A stretch of 64,000 bases of DNA from Chiloscyllium plagiosum (GCF_004010195.1 NC_057728.1:46117290-46181289); one strand, 5' to 3'. Shown: positions 13,205 through 26,561, numbered from the stretch's first letter. Notes: generated by a model from the letters alone, not told the origin. Translations and numbers: made by a program.

Positions 13205-13349
13205 TGAAAATGTGTTGCTGGAAAAGTGCAGCAGGTCAGGCAGCATCTAAGGAACAGGAGAATCGACGTTTCGGGCATAAGCCCTTTTCAGGAATGAGGA
13301 AAGTGTGTCCAGCAGGCTAAGATAAAAGGTAGGGAGGAGGGACTTGGGG
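13205..13349 (-). mobile_element. PLE family A 3' tail
   Basis: Matches the tail at 58610-58760. Bounded by 13-bp TSD tgattttatggac (13192-13204 / 14490-14502). Confidence 0.9.
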
Positions 13350-13379
13350 GAACAGAAACTCTGGATAACGGAGAATTCG

Positions 13380-13840
13380 TTCCTCATTCCTGAAGAAGGG
13401 CTTATGCCCGAAACGTCGATTCTCCTGTTCCTTGGATGCTGCCTGACCTGCTGCACTTTTCCAGCAACACATTTTCAGTCCATAAAATCATGAAGGGTAT
13501 AGGCAGGGTAGATAGAGATAATTTTTTCCCAGGGTGAAGGATTCAATAATGAGAGGGCATGATTTCAAGGTGAGAGGTGAAAGGTTTAAGTGGGATACAT
13601 GAGGCTGGTACTTTACACTAAGGGTGGTAGGTGCCTGGAATCCATTCCCAGCAGAGGTAGTAGAGGCAGGCACCGTAGATTCATTTAAGATGTGTCTGGA
13701 CAGATGGATGAGTAGGTGGGGAGCAGAAGGATACAGATGCTTAGGAATTGGGTGACAGGTTTAGACAGTGGATTTGGATCGGCTCAGGCTTGGAGGGCTG
13801 AAGGGCCTGTTCCTGGGCTGTAAATTTTCTTTGTTCTTTG
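13380..13840. repeat. Inverted near-identical copy of 12842-13301
   Basis: ORFs 13009+ and 13488- encode the same 61 aa except one residue. Abuts a 25-N gap. Confidence 0.95.
13386..13422 (+). ncRNA. Minimal type I hammerhead ribozyme motif (family A)
   Basis: CTGAAGA(13390)-A-GGGC-TTAT-GCCC-GAAA-CGTC, palindromic ACGT stem III, GUC cleavage triplet. Confidence 0.7.
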
Positions 13841-13865
13841 NNNNNNNNNNNNNNNNNNNNNNNNN

Positions 13866-14489
13866 GGTTCTGTCCTGGTGGTGGTTGGAGGGGCGGGGCT
13901 CAAGGGCGGAGGAGCGGGAAGTGGAAGAGATGTGGTGGAGGGCATCGTCGACTATGTCTGGCAGGAAATTGCGGTCCTTGAAGAAGGAGGCCATCTGGGT
14001 TGTACGGTTTTGGAACTGGTCCTCCTGGGAGCAGATGCGGCGGAGACGAAGGAATTGGGAATATGGGATGGCGTTTTTACAGGGGGCAGGGTGGGAGGAG
14101 GTGTAGTCTAGGTAGCTGTGGGAGTCGGTCGGTTTATAGTAAATATCCGTGTTGATACGGTCGCCCGAGATAGAAATGGAAAGGTCTAGGAAGGGGAGGG
14201 TGGAGTCTGAGACGGTCCAGGTGAATTTGAGGTCGGGGTGGAAGGTGTTGGTAAAGTGGATGAACTGTTCAACCTCCTCGTGGGAGCACGAGGCAGCGCC
14301 GATACAATCATCGATGTAGCGGAGGAAAAGGTGGGGTGTAGTGCCAGTGTAGCTGCGGAAGATGGACTGTTCCACATATCCTACAAAGAGGCAGGCATAG
14401 CTGGAGCCCATGCGGGTGCCCATGGCTACTCCTTTGGTTTGGAGGAAGTGGGAGGATTGGAAAGAGAAGTTGTTCAGGGTGAGGACCAG
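13866..14489 (-). mobile_element. Penelope-like reverse transcriptase fragment, uninterrupted frame
   Basis: LQTKGVAMGTRMG..FLRYIDD..FTW..LPFLDL..DIYYKPTDSHSYLDYTSSHP..KNAIPYSQFLRLRRICS. GC- and CpG-rich. Confidence 0.95.
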
Positions 14490-17400
14490 TGATTTTATGG
14501 ACCTCAATCAGATCCCCTCTCAATCTCCTTTTTCTAATGAAAACAATCCTAACTTACTCAACCTCTCTTCATAGCTCGCACCTTCCATACCAGGCAACAT
14601 CCTCATAAATCTTTCTGCACCCTCTCTAAAACATCTACATCCTTTGGTAAAGTGGCGACCAGAACTGTACATAGTGCTCTAAATGTGGCCAAACCAATGT
14701 CTTGTACAATTTTAACATGACCTGCCAGCTCTTATACTCAATACCCCATCTGATGAAAGCAAGCATTCCATATGCCTGCTTGACCACCCTATCCACCTGT
14801 GAAGCAACCTTCAGAGTACAATGGACCTGAATTCCCAGATTTCTCTGCTCATCAACTTTTCCTAAGGCTCTTCCATTTACTGTATAATTCGCTATAGAAT
14901 TAAAATTCCCAAAATGCATCACCTCACATTTGCCTAAATTGAACTGCATCTACCACTTCTCCACCCAACTATCCAGTCAATCTATATTTTCCTGTATTCT
15001 TTGACAGTCCCCTATGCTTTCTGCTACTCCACCAATCTTCCTGTCATCTGCAAACTTGCTGATCATACTAATAGTGCCCTTTTCCAGATCATTTATGTAT
15101 ATCACAAACAACAGTGACCCCAACACTGACCCCTGTGGAACACCACTGGTCATCTTTCTCCGTTTCAAGAAACTCCCTTCAACTACTACTCTCTGTCTCC
15201 TGTTGTTCAACCGGTTCTTTATCCACCTAACTAGAACACCCTGCACACCATGTGAATTCACTTTCTCCATTAGTTTACCATGGAGAACCTTATCAAATGC
15301 CTTACTAAAGTCCATGTATATGACATCTACAGCCCTTCCTTCATCTATCAACTTGGTCATTTCCTCAAAGAACTCTATTAATTGGTAAGGCACAATCTCC
15401 AGCACACAAAACCATGTTGCCTATCACTGATAAGCCCATTCTTTTCCAAATATAAATAGATTTTATCCCTCAGTACCTTCTCCAGCAAATTTCCCACCAC
15501 TGATGTCAGGCTCACTGGTGTGTAGTTACCTGGAATATCCCTACTACCCTTCTTGTGCAGGGGGACAACATGAGCAACCCTCCAGTCCTCTGGCACCACA
15601 TCTGTGTTAAGGATGCTCCAAAGGTATCTGTTAGGGCCCCAGCTATTTCCTCTCTCACGTCCCTCAGCAACCTGGGATAGATCCCATCCGGTCCTGGGGA
15701 TTTGTCCATCTTAATAACCTCTAGTCTATCCAACACATCTTCCCTATTTATTTCAGGTCTCATTGAAGGCATAATCGACTCCAGAGCTTGAATTGCCTAA
15801 TCAAGTTCCTGTTTCTCTAAAAAAAATCCATAAGACCTCTGATGTGCATAGGACACCCTCTTGATTGTTGTTCTTCCCCCCTACGTTTTTTAAAAAAAGC
15901 ATTTTAGAACTTTCCTTAGCTCACTCGCCTACTTATCCTGTGTTTTACGGCTGTGGGAGTGGATTAAAACCTTTAATTCCTTGCAAATAAAGGCCTCAAT
16001 AGATGTAAGAGCTCGAGGGTGGTCCAATGTGCCTGTATTATTGGGAACAGGGGGTGGGTGGGAAGAAGGTGAACTAACCACCCAAGATACTTTACGTAGT
16101 CCCGCCAATAACATGCTTGGGGTGTGTAGTAAAATCCAGCCCCTCGTCTCAGAAAAGTCACAGAATTCCAAAGTTTCAAGGCAGTTATCACCTTGGCGAT
16201 AAGAAAATAGAAACTTCATAGATATTGCTCACCCCACCAGCATCACCTAACCTTCAATTCCCTTCCCCCATCCCATCAAGATTTTAAAGCTATGGTTTGT
16301 ATAAATTGTTATGTTGTGAGGCATTCCAGTGTCCCATATTTCAACATTAATTTGTTCATCACAGACATTACTTTTGCAGTTGATGTTCTTTATTTTATGA
16401 TTCTGTTAAATCTTGGATAATTTATTGCCCTGAGTGAAACCGTACAGTATAGTTGAATGTGTTAAACAAATAGCACACTAACATGTATTGCATATGTTAA
16501 ACCATTTTGCTGGTAAGCACACATTTTACCCTCATCTCAATTTGCTGAAAACTAAATTACAAACTAAATCCGTGAATGGACTGAAGAAATTAATGCACTT
16601 TCAGAAGTGTACAGTCATTCCTTTGAAGTATCAGAATTTGCCGGTATGCAGTATCCAGACATTTTAAATGATGAAGATCGGGATCAAAAATAATATTGTT
16701 TCCACAAAAATCAGATATTTCAAATGCTCTAACATCACTGTGACTAAATTTGAAACGTTCCAAAGATTTTAAAAATAAAAAGCTCATCTGTGTTTAACTT
16801 TAATCTTGTAACGTTTGATTGGGGATTCAGGATCAGAAAATGTGTATGTTTCCTGCTATAGTTTTACTATTATGGTGGATCTCAAGATATGCTACATGTA
16901 AAATCTTTAAATATTTCAGACTTGTGACTATTTTTAACCTTTGATAATGGTGACTATCTTCATAGGAATGAATAAAACCATCATCCAAGAAACTAAAACA
17001 CTTGATCTAATACTGCTTATCTCCTTTCTAGCTCAGAAAAAGGACAGGTGGAGTGAACTGGAAGTTTGTTGTTTGTTTATTGGAGAGAGAGTATTAGCAG
17101 TCTGAAAATAGCAATGATGCACTTAGTGTTTCCATGCTGCTTTCTCTGAACCCAACAATGTTCTTATGACCTTCCACTTGGAGGTTCAGTTCTCCCACTG
17201 GACCTAGCTGAAGAATCATCAGTGAATGTGGGATTTATAATGTATTTAGGATCCCAAAGATACTTTGTGTGAGAATTGGTGGACTGTGCACTCATCAGTG
17301 AAGCAGAAAGGTTTCAAGGCAAATCGCAGAATTGTTTTTGAAAGCAAAAATGTTCTTCTGGGTTCCCCAAGAATTATATACATTGCTGCCTCCTGAGTTA

Positions 17401-17559
17401 TCCATCATTTCTCATTCACTGATTCCTCAGATTTCCAATATTGCATCTGCTCACAGCAATGCTGTTAAAATTGCCAAGTCATTCATGAGTTGTATACTCT
17501 AAGAAAGTGCCCCAGTGCAGCTCTCTTGCTCTGAGCAGATGCAAGTTTGACACCTTTGA

Positions 17560-18290
17560 GCATCAATGAGTTTGAGTTGGTGGGGGATATGGGTTATAGC
17601 AAAATACATTATACTTCATGCTCGTATGACCATCCTGAAGTCTAAAGTTAGGTGTAGCATTGCAATTAAACAATCCTATTTGTTGCCAATCACTTCACGA
17701 TTGACGCTCTATTGTTACAAATCATAAGACAGTTGGATCTGCAATAGTGTGGTCATGTGCTGCTTGGTTTATGTTCCAAGCAGTATGTATGTCCCGAAAA
17801 AGTCTGGCTAACGTGGTCCATTGTCAGATATGATCTCGGCAGGTGTACTAAACAGACTGAATACGACACTCATTATGATCCACATGGACACACTTGAGGG
17901 ATCCTTCAACTGTGTGGCAGTTGGTAACTGAGAAAAGGAATAATTAACTATTAGAAAATCATCGCATGGACAGTAACTGAACCAAGGGTGATATGGAATA
18001 TTGTGAAGGTGTAAGGGTTTGTTGTGTTGATATGGTTGTGGCTTCGACATTCCTCGCACATTCTGACTGTCTTCACAATCACTGTTGATCCCTGGCTAAT
18101 ATTCAGAATTACTTGCCAGGCACTGTGTTCGCTCTATGCTCAAATATCCCTGACATAACTGTGATGGTATGTTCTGGTGAAGTGCTTCAGTTGTGAGCAA
18201 TTGGTTTCCTTTGAAAATTGACCTGCTTCAGATACCCAGGTTTCTTCTGTATCACTAAATACATCTCAGTCTGTCTGGCATCTCTTGTAT
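17560..18290 (-). mobile_element. Decayed Gypsy integrase relic
   Basis: QGYLSIERTQCLAS, PGINSD, IPYHPW, FSLFSTPAEIISDNGP on the minus strand. Confidence 0.75.
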
Positions 18291-18619
18291 CTTAATGAGA
18301 TACAGAAGATCCTGAAAGGACTTGACAGATTAGATGTTAAAAAAATGTTTCTTTTTGGTAACATTACAACTAGGAACAACAGTTAAAAATATAGGTCTCA
18401 TGTTGTATCCATGTCAACAAAGGTCTGAAATGATTAATACTGAGGAGTGCCATTAAGACCACTCACTGTGATGGATTTGCGAACAAAACTTCTTAGGAAC
18501 TCAAACAAGTGAGACCTAACATCTGTTCTTCTTCAAAGACTCTGTAACAATATTAATCACATGCAATAAACTAAATCTTGTTCAATACAGGAGGCACTTC
18601 TAGTTTAACCAGAAAGTGG

Positions 18620-19121
18620 TTTTCTACTGGATACTAGAACAAGGAGGTCATGTAGTTTCCTACTCTTAAAGAGATGATGATAACAGCTTTTATCATTTCG
18701 GAGAAGTATTATTGCTAGATAATAACAGGCTATATTCTAGGGACCTGAGTTCAAATCCCACTGTAGCAGATAATTAAATTTGAATTCAATTAAAAATAAA
18801 CTCTAACATTAAGTGTTTAATGAAGATGACCAAACTGTTATTATTGAAAAGCCCATCTGATTCATTAATGTCCTTTAGGATAATGGAAAAGTCATCCTTA
18901 TCTGGTCTGCCCTACACATGACTAGAGACCCGCAACAAGGCAAAAACTTTTCTACTGGATACTAGAACAAGGAGGTCATGTAGTTTCCTACACTTAAAGA
19001 GATGATAATAACAGCTTTTATCATTTCGGAGAAGTATTATTGCTAGATAATAACAGGGTATATTCTAGGGACCTGAGTTCAAATCCCACTGTAGCAGATA
19101 ATTAAATTTGAATTCAATTAA
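18620..19121 (+). repeat. 174-bp direct duplication (18620-18793 and 18948-19121)
   Basis: Three mismatches by eye. The second copy sits inside a SINE between aaggcaa repeats. Confidence 0.95.
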
Positions 19122-19190
19122 GGCAATTGACTCTTAATTGCCCACTTTATAATTAGGGATGGGCAAGAAATGTTGGCCTAGCCCACATCA
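18700..19190 (+). mobile_element. Shark tRNA-derived SINE, second family (interrupted by the duplication)
   Basis: B-box-like gagttcaaatccc. Homologous to 5835-6180. Confidence 0.7.
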
Positions 19191-19229
19191 TGCAGCAGAG
19201 TGAACTGGCAAGACCATTCACCTTCTTCC

Positions 19230-19500
19230 ACTAAAGACAGAAATGAGGAGGATAGTTTTCTCTCAGAGGCCCATGGGATTTTGGAATTCTATTATCCAGA
19301 GAATGGTAAAGGTAGAGCCACTGATTTTTTTTCAGATGGTGACAAATAGATTCATGAGGGATAAAGAAGTCAAATGTTATGGGGAATAAGTGCAAATTTG
19401 GAGTTGAGGCAACAATCAGATCAGCCATGATCTTATTGAATGGCAGAGTAAGCTGAAAGAGCAGAAATAGCCTCTTCCTGCTCCAAATTCACATGCTTGC
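19230..19500 (+). mobile_element. CR1 3' end fragment
   Basis: ttctctcagagg...tggaattct...cagatcagccatgatcttattgaatggcagag, CR1 3' UTR text. Confidence 0.7.
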
Positions 19501-21127
19501 ATTGCATTAAATCAGGCTTCTATAATAACTTTTAATGTTGCCTTCTGTATTGACCAAACTTCAGCAGATTGAACTTGAGGATTTCTTGTACTTCGCCAAC
19601 TTGTAATTCCAGAAAAATCTCCACAATCACTTCAGAATTGGTAATCTACACTGTGTGTCATTTCAATACCTGGTTTGTGACAGGAGTCAAAGACATAAAT
19701 CTGTATTCTTCTAATAAATCACTGTAGTCTCGACACACTTATCAGTGGCTTGTGCTAAGTAATTTCCAATGTTATGTGATTGATTCCTACAATGAATCAT
19801 TTACTGACTAAATATGTGTAGAATCTTGTGATGCTAAATACTAAAGCAAATGTTTTATACTTTACGTTTGAATAATTGACTTGCACTTGCATTAGATCTT
19901 TGGAACCGTACAATTGGTTTGCCACCTCACATGATGCACACTCCTAACTCTTTGAATATGTTATCTTTCAAGATTGTCTTTTTCACTGGATCATAATTAC
20001 ACAGAATATGCTTATCTTCTGGCGATGCCTGTTTATGTGACTTTAACACATTTATCGTACGGACTTTCATAGAATGCCCTTTCTTAACAGACCTCTTAAA
20101 ACAATGATGTTTTCTTGGCAAGCTTTAGTATGTATGTTATACTGTACATGTAGTTTTCTGACTGGTAAGTCACATTTGCTCCTGTGTTGGCTTTGGCTTT
20201 CTTCAGGTGTAAGACTTTGCTGACACACTGCATCATGGTCACAAAAAGGAAAATTTATTTGTTTTCTGGTTGAAGATAACTCTACTTTGAATTTTCCTCT
20301 TGTCCGTCTGGCCACTAATCCCACATATTGGCTTGTACCTACACAGGTGTCTGTCACACTGCCTGGCCTCGCTGTGAGCATGTAACTGTAGCCTCTGGTC
20401 ACACTTCTGGAACCAGATTTATTTTTAAAAAACTGCACCTAAGATACTTTTGTACCGTATCACTTGCAAAGATCTTCAAACTCAGGACAAATTCACAGAC
20501 TGAAATTCCCAGGCAGCTCGCTTGCTTTCTATGTCTTGGCTACAATATCAAGTCTATTATCTGCATCTAGTGCCTGCAGGTGTTGTTGCTTGGCTACAAT
20601 AGCTCCATATTTTTAGCCATATTTGACTAACATGTTGACACTGTGACTTTTCCTTTCTCCAAGAAATCTTTATCAAAAGCTTTGATTGGCTTTAAGATGT
20701 AATTTGCTCTATTATCAAATCAGGCAGCTCAGTTTCCAAGAAATCAAAGCTTTAACCTTTGTCACAACATCTGATGAACTAATTAGTTGATTCTTGTGGC
20801 TGTTTGTATAAGACATCAACTAGAGGATGAATTCTGAAGCTCGCTTTCATAAAAGCTGATTCTCTAGTCTGTTCAATAGCTTAATAGAGTCTTTCTGATC
20901 CTCCTGAGGCAAGCCAGTGTATCACTCCATTTTGCCATGGTTTTGTTTATTTTCACCATATCCAGTTGAGTAATAGATAATTCTAAAAGGAATAATATCC
21001 TTTGTTTAAAAGGCATAAATTTGCTCAAGACACCGATGGCCTTCCAATTCATGCTCGGGAGTTTGGTAGTTGATACTGTCAATGTGTACAAATGATGTAG
21101 AGCTGAAGAGTTGCATGACATTGAAAT

Positions 21128-21262
21128 CTTTTGCTATAATGTTTGAGTCTTATGATCCTGTTCCACAGCTACCTGATGAAGGAGCAGCGAACCGAAAGCT
21201 AGTAGTTCCAAATAAACCTGTTGGACTATAACTTGATGTGGTGTGATTTTTAAATGTGTACA
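21128..21262 (+). mobile_element. PLE family B tail fragment with HHR motif
   Basis: Matches 12525-12655. CTGATGA at 21173, GAAAGCTA at 21194, stem I agctac/gtagtt. Confidence 0.85.
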
Positions 21263-21309
21263 GACACATGAGTTAGGAGCTGGAGTAGGTTGGTAGCCTG
21301 CTCCATCAT

Positions 21310-23110
21310 ATAAGACCACAAGAGATAGGAGCAGTATTAGGACATTCAGCTCATTGAGTCTGTTTTGTTATTCAATCACGGTTGATATATTCCTTAAGCC
21401 CATTCTATCAGGGTGGCACAGTGGTTAGCACTGCTGCCTCACAGCACCAGGGACCTGGGTTTGATTCTGGCCTTGGGTGACTGCCTGTGTGGAGTTTGCA
21501 CATTCTCCTCGTGTCCGCGTGGGTTTCCTCACACAATCCAAAGATGTGCAGGTTAGGTGAATTGGCCATGCTAAATCGAGCCTTAACCTCTCTCAGAACT
21601 GTATACAAAGTATTCCTGTTAACTCAATTAACAAAACTTAAATAAGTTATTGTCAGATATTTTTTCTACGTCCAGATTTATTTTCTGTCACACATTCAGA
21701 CCACTGCTAGGAGGCCTGTACATAACTGCATCAGAGTCTTTTCCATCTGCATTTCCTCAACTCTACTCACACAGATTCTTCACGTTCCGACTCTATATCA
21801 CCTCTTGCTATTGATTTAATTTCATCACTCACTAGCAAGGCAAAACCACACTCGGTGCCCATCTGTTTATACTTTTGATTGGATGCATAATGGATATTTT
21901 AGTTCCCCCACAACATCTTACCTGGCAATTTCAATCTGTGCTACAGTTCATTTACCTTGTTTTCAGATACTGTGCGGATTTAAGTACAACAGTTCTGCAT
22001 TGAATGCCCCATTCTCATAGCTGTCTAATTATCTGGTGTGCCTGAAGTGAGATTCCTGAGTTTTTCCATATTCTTGTGTCCAATGAATTGGTCTGGAAAG
22101 TTTAATAACCTTTGGTGAGGCCTCCCACACACTTTAACTTTTTCCATAATTTTCCATTCAATTCAATCCACTTCCCTACTATTTAGTTTACAGTCGTATC
22201 CACAGCTCTAGTTATGCAATTTGCTAAGACTTTGGTCCCAACATGATTCAAGTAGAACCCATCTTATTGGAATGGGTCCCCCCATCCCCAATACTGGTGT
22301 TAATGTCCCATGAATTTGAATCTGATTCTGCTACACCATCTTTGAGCTATGCATTTACCTCTTTAAACTGGTTGATCCTGTGTCAATTTGCTCATCGCTC
22401 AGGTCGTAATCCAGCGATTAAATTCCCTCAGCAGAACCTCTTTCTTCTTTCCATCTATATCATTGGACCTATGTGGACCATACCAGCAAGATCATTCCCC
22501 TCCTTCTCCAAGTTCTTCTGCAGCCCTCATAAGATATCCTGAACTAGGGCACCAGGCAGACAACACAAACTTTGGGACTCTCGATCCTGTCCACAGAGAT
22601 CAGTGTCTCTTCCCCTGATGATACTTTCTCTATTTACATTTCTCATTTATCCCCCCTTTTGAATGGCTCTCTATACTATGGTGCTATGATCAATTTGCTC
22701 ATCCTCCTTACAGTCCCCATTATCAACCACACAGGGAGGAAGAATCCCAAACCTGTTAGACAAGCTGAAGGGCTGAGATTCCTTCAGCACTATCTCCTGG
22801 ATTCCTCTACCTGTCTCACTGGTAGTCCCACTCTTCTGTCCCTGACCACTGACTGAATTGGAGATAGTTAATTTAAAGGGTTTGACTGACTCCTGAAACA
22901 CAGTGTCCAGGTAACTCTTCACCTGCCTGATGTGTTGCAGTGTTGCAGTGTTGCAGTGAACCTCAGGCTCCAGCTCATCAAGTCTGAGCTAGAATTCCTC
23001 AAGCAACCAAGAATTGCTACAGCTATGGTCACAATGAACCACAATGGGGTCCACCAGCTCCCACATCATGCTGATACAACATATCACCTGGCTTGGCAGC
23101 TCTATTTTAA
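21310..23110 (-). mobile_element. Old internally deleted CR1 (ORF1, APE start, 3' UTR; most of RT missing)
   Basis: QVICCISMMWELVDP..CDHSCSN..LRLDELE at ~22960-23090, esterase text 22240-22620, MYRPPSSG at ~21700-21725, 3' UTR at 21310-21408. Confidence 0.7.
21409..21580 (+). mobile_element. HE1-like V-SINE (partial)
   Basis: ggcacagtggttagcactgctgcctcacagc..tgtgtggagtttgcacattctcc..gtgggtttcctc core. Confidence 0.85.
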
Positions 23111-25099
23111 TTACTCAGCTCTTAATTAGATTTTTTTTAAAATTGTACTGCTCTTTTATCTCATTGCCTATAAATATTTTCCTTATTCAACTTCAATCAA
23201 AAAGTAACCTATAACAGATAGTCAAATTATTTGCTATCACAAACCAGTGAACTTATGGTTTTCCTGTAATGTTGCTCTTTTGTGCTGGGCTCCTGAACCT
23301 GTGCTTCAATTTATCCTGTTTAAAAATATACTTACACACTATGAAGCAAAAAGCAAGCAAAAAACATATCTTATCCTTGACACCAAACTGCCACACTGTC
23401 TCCAAATTCCCTGACACTGTATGCTCACTTGGGCTGTGTCTCACTCCAGATGTGATCTCTTCTTCCTGATATGAACAGCTTACTCAAATCAGGGTTGATC
23501 TGATTGTAATATTCAATTCCATGTTCACATCTGCTCCTGGTAACCTCACACACCCTCTATTTTCACCATCATTTGACGAAGAGTTCCAGAGACTCACAGC
23601 CCTCTGAGAGAAAAATATAGTATCTCAGAGAATGTCGAGTATTACTGCTGCTCAGCAGCAAACAGCAATGCAACTTTTTTTTCTGCTCTACTTTTGGCTA
23701 CAGATCAGGTTATATCCATTTCCGCGCACACTTTACTGTCAATGTGGGAATGACCCCAGAGGATGTCTTGATGATCCTGCAGTCCTATTAAAAGCTAACT
23801 CATTACTTCCATGAACTAATGATCTGGTAGGTCCACAAACCTTGTATTCATTTTTCAGCCAGTGCCACTTGTAGAGAAATTTTGCCTCCCAGGCTTTCAA
23901 TGTACATACAGTTTCGGTGTTGTTTCATATCTTGACTGAAGCTCTTCCTATGGTCTTCAAACCCACATTTGCCAACAGAAACCAATGATGATTACCATGC
24001 TGTGGTTCTATGTCTGCTCACATAAACTTAGTAACCTCACATGAGGCCTGATAAAGTGGGCATAGTTTCTGTTTATTTGGAGATCTATTACACGATTGTG
24101 CAGCGGACAGATTTGTTATAAAAATGCTGCAACTACTATCATGGCAAAGCACAAACATACCCACTCCAGGCTATAAGCATGGGTATGTCAATGGCTTCAA
24201 ATGTCTCATGTCCTGATTACTTGTTCATTAGCATGTGCTCTCTTAAAATGACATCACAACTCAACTGAAAATTTCAAAACTGAGATTGTAATGTTTTTAA
24301 TTTGCAAGGCTACTATAGTTTATGGGAGCATGGCAATTAGATTGTTTTAAGTCACGTATCAGCTATGATGTATATGAATGGACAAACTAGTTTGAAGAGG
24401 TAATTTGGCCTATTCTTGTTCTTATTTTCCCCATTTTCTATATTGCCAGGATGAAAAGGAATCCAAAGGACCTGAGCGAAGGAAACTTCGGTGGGATTGC
24501 TGGAACCTCATTATAACAGAGGCTCCTATCAAAATGCAAGACATGTTCCATCCAACTTTGGAAACACCAATAAGAGAAGAGCAATGTAAATCTTCAGATA
24601 TATTGAATCTTCACTCTCTTTTCTTCTTTCCATCAGACAAGAAATGAACATACTCTAGTTGTTAGGAATGAATGATGTCAGAGTCATTGTGTTTAACTTT
24701 ATCACAACTGGAGGAGCAAATGTGTTACACTAATGTCGAGTTCTCAGAGCACATATCTAATGGCATTGCCCAAACTTAATCCAAATTCAAGGTCCTTGTT
24801 AAGGAGAATCAGCTGAAGTATTAAATCCTAATTGTTATCCAGAGACTTTTGCTGGAAAATGTTTCCATGTGAATATCAGATGTTAGAAGTAGAAGATATT
24901 AGAAGAATGGTGAAAATTTGAATGGAAAGGTGCAAAGGTTAATATCCGACCAATATTACTTAATGACAAGAAAGACATGAATGTACGTATATCCCTCCTG
25001 AACATCATCCTTCCTAACTGCTTCAAAGCTTATTAGATCCATTGGAAGTGAAGTCACTGTTCAACTGTAGCAAACACAAGAGACCATTAGAGAATGACA

Positions 25100-25290
25100 A
25101 GCTTACACAAACAACATGATGAAAATGACCACTGTGATAATCTGTCTGAATGGTGTTCATTAAAAGATAAGTATTGGCCAGGACATTGGGCAGATTGGTC
25201 CAACTTTTCTTCATAAAACCACCATGGTACCATCTTTTACACCATCCTTAAGAGAAAACAGGTCTTCAGCTTAAAGTCCATATCTTTGAT
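25100..25290 (-). mobile_element. Old Deu-SINE-like fragment
   Basis: tattggccaggaca...cttc....aa..ccatgg..atctttta pattern, similar to 33400-33660. Confidence 0.4.
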
Positions 25291-25451
25291 GCCTTTCATC
25301 TAGATATCTGAGATTATCAACCACATAGGAACTATTTGCAAGTTCCTCTCCATGTCATATATCATTCTGACCCAGAACTACATCACCATTCTTTCACTGA
25401 GTCAAAACCCTGAAACACCCTTCTAACACTACATGGACTACAGCATTCCAG

Positions 25452-26410
25452 AACATAGGAATATAGGAATTAGAGGCAGGAGTTGGCAATTCAGCTTTTT
25501 GAGCCTGCTTTGCCATTCAATATGATCATGGATGACTTTATCCTGATCTCAATGCCACTTTCCTGCCTGCTTCCCTTTGTCCTCTTTCCCACTTTTCATC
25601 AGGAACATACCTATTTCTTTCTTGAATTTGTTGATTGATTCTGCCTCCACTCTGGGGTAGTGAGATCCACGGATTCACAACCCCCTGACAGAAGGAATTT
25701 CTCTTTATCTCAGTTTTGACCCTACCTCCTCTCACTCTATATCTATGACCACTTATTTGAGATTGTCACCCCCAGGTCCCCTTTTCCATTTTATATACCT
25801 CAATTAGATTCCCCTTCATTCTTCTGAATTCCAGTGAGTACAAGGCCAAGCTATTGAAGTGCTCTTTATGCGACAGTTCTTTCATCTCTGGAATCAATCT
25901 GGTGAACCTCCTCTGAGCTGCCTCCAGAGCTGCAACATCTTCCCTCAAGTAAGGAGAGCAGAAGCGGACACAACGCTCTATATATAACACCGCTTTATAT
26001 TATTGTAACAACACTTCTCTACTTTTATAATCTAGTCTTTTTGTAAGAAATACTGGGATTGCATTTGCCTTTCTTATTGTATGCTGCACCTGAATACCCA
26101 CTTTCTGTGATTCATGTACAAAGGCACCTGTATCCCTCTGCACAGATGCACTTTGAATCTGCTTCCATTTAAATAATAATTTGCCCTTTTAGTTTTCCAG
26201 CAAAATTGGACAACCTAGCATTCATCCACCTTAAACTCCATCAGCCAGATTCCGGCCTATTCTCCTAGCCTATCAATATCCATCTGTAAACTTTTTATCT
26301 CCACATCATAACCTGCTTTTCGACTTCCTTTGGCATTATCCATGAATTTTGCCTTGTTACACTCTGTCCCTGTTTGCAGATCATTCATAGAGATTGTAAT
26401 TTGTTGAGGC
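25452..26410 (-). mobile_element. CR1 3' part (end of RT, 3' UTR)
   Basis: ORF 25766-25990 CVRFCSPYLREDVAALEAAQRRFTRLIP..SLEFRRMKGNLIEVYK. Confidence 0.9.
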
Positions 26411-26561
26411 TGCTCACCAATTCTCATGAACAACTAGGGATGAGCATTAAATGCTGGCCTAGTCAGGAACGCCCACATCCTGTGAATCCATTTAAAACAG
26501 GTTTATTCTTTCATTTAAACCTCAACATCTCCAATTGTTCAACAAACCCTTATTATCCCTA

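Larger units (their letters stand above)
12832..15750 (-). mobile_element. CR1 LINE (RT to 3' tail), split by a PLE insertion at 13205-14489
   Basis: ORFs 14977-15405 ([25 protein letters not shown]), 14635-14949 and 15378-15599. (TTCTTTG)n tail at 12832-12856. Confidence 0.95.

Noticed and set aside
21409..21480. tRNA-like A/B boxes (also 26570, 38400, 44750)
   Set aside because: SINE heads followed by a V-core and LINE-like tail, with no full cloverleaf.
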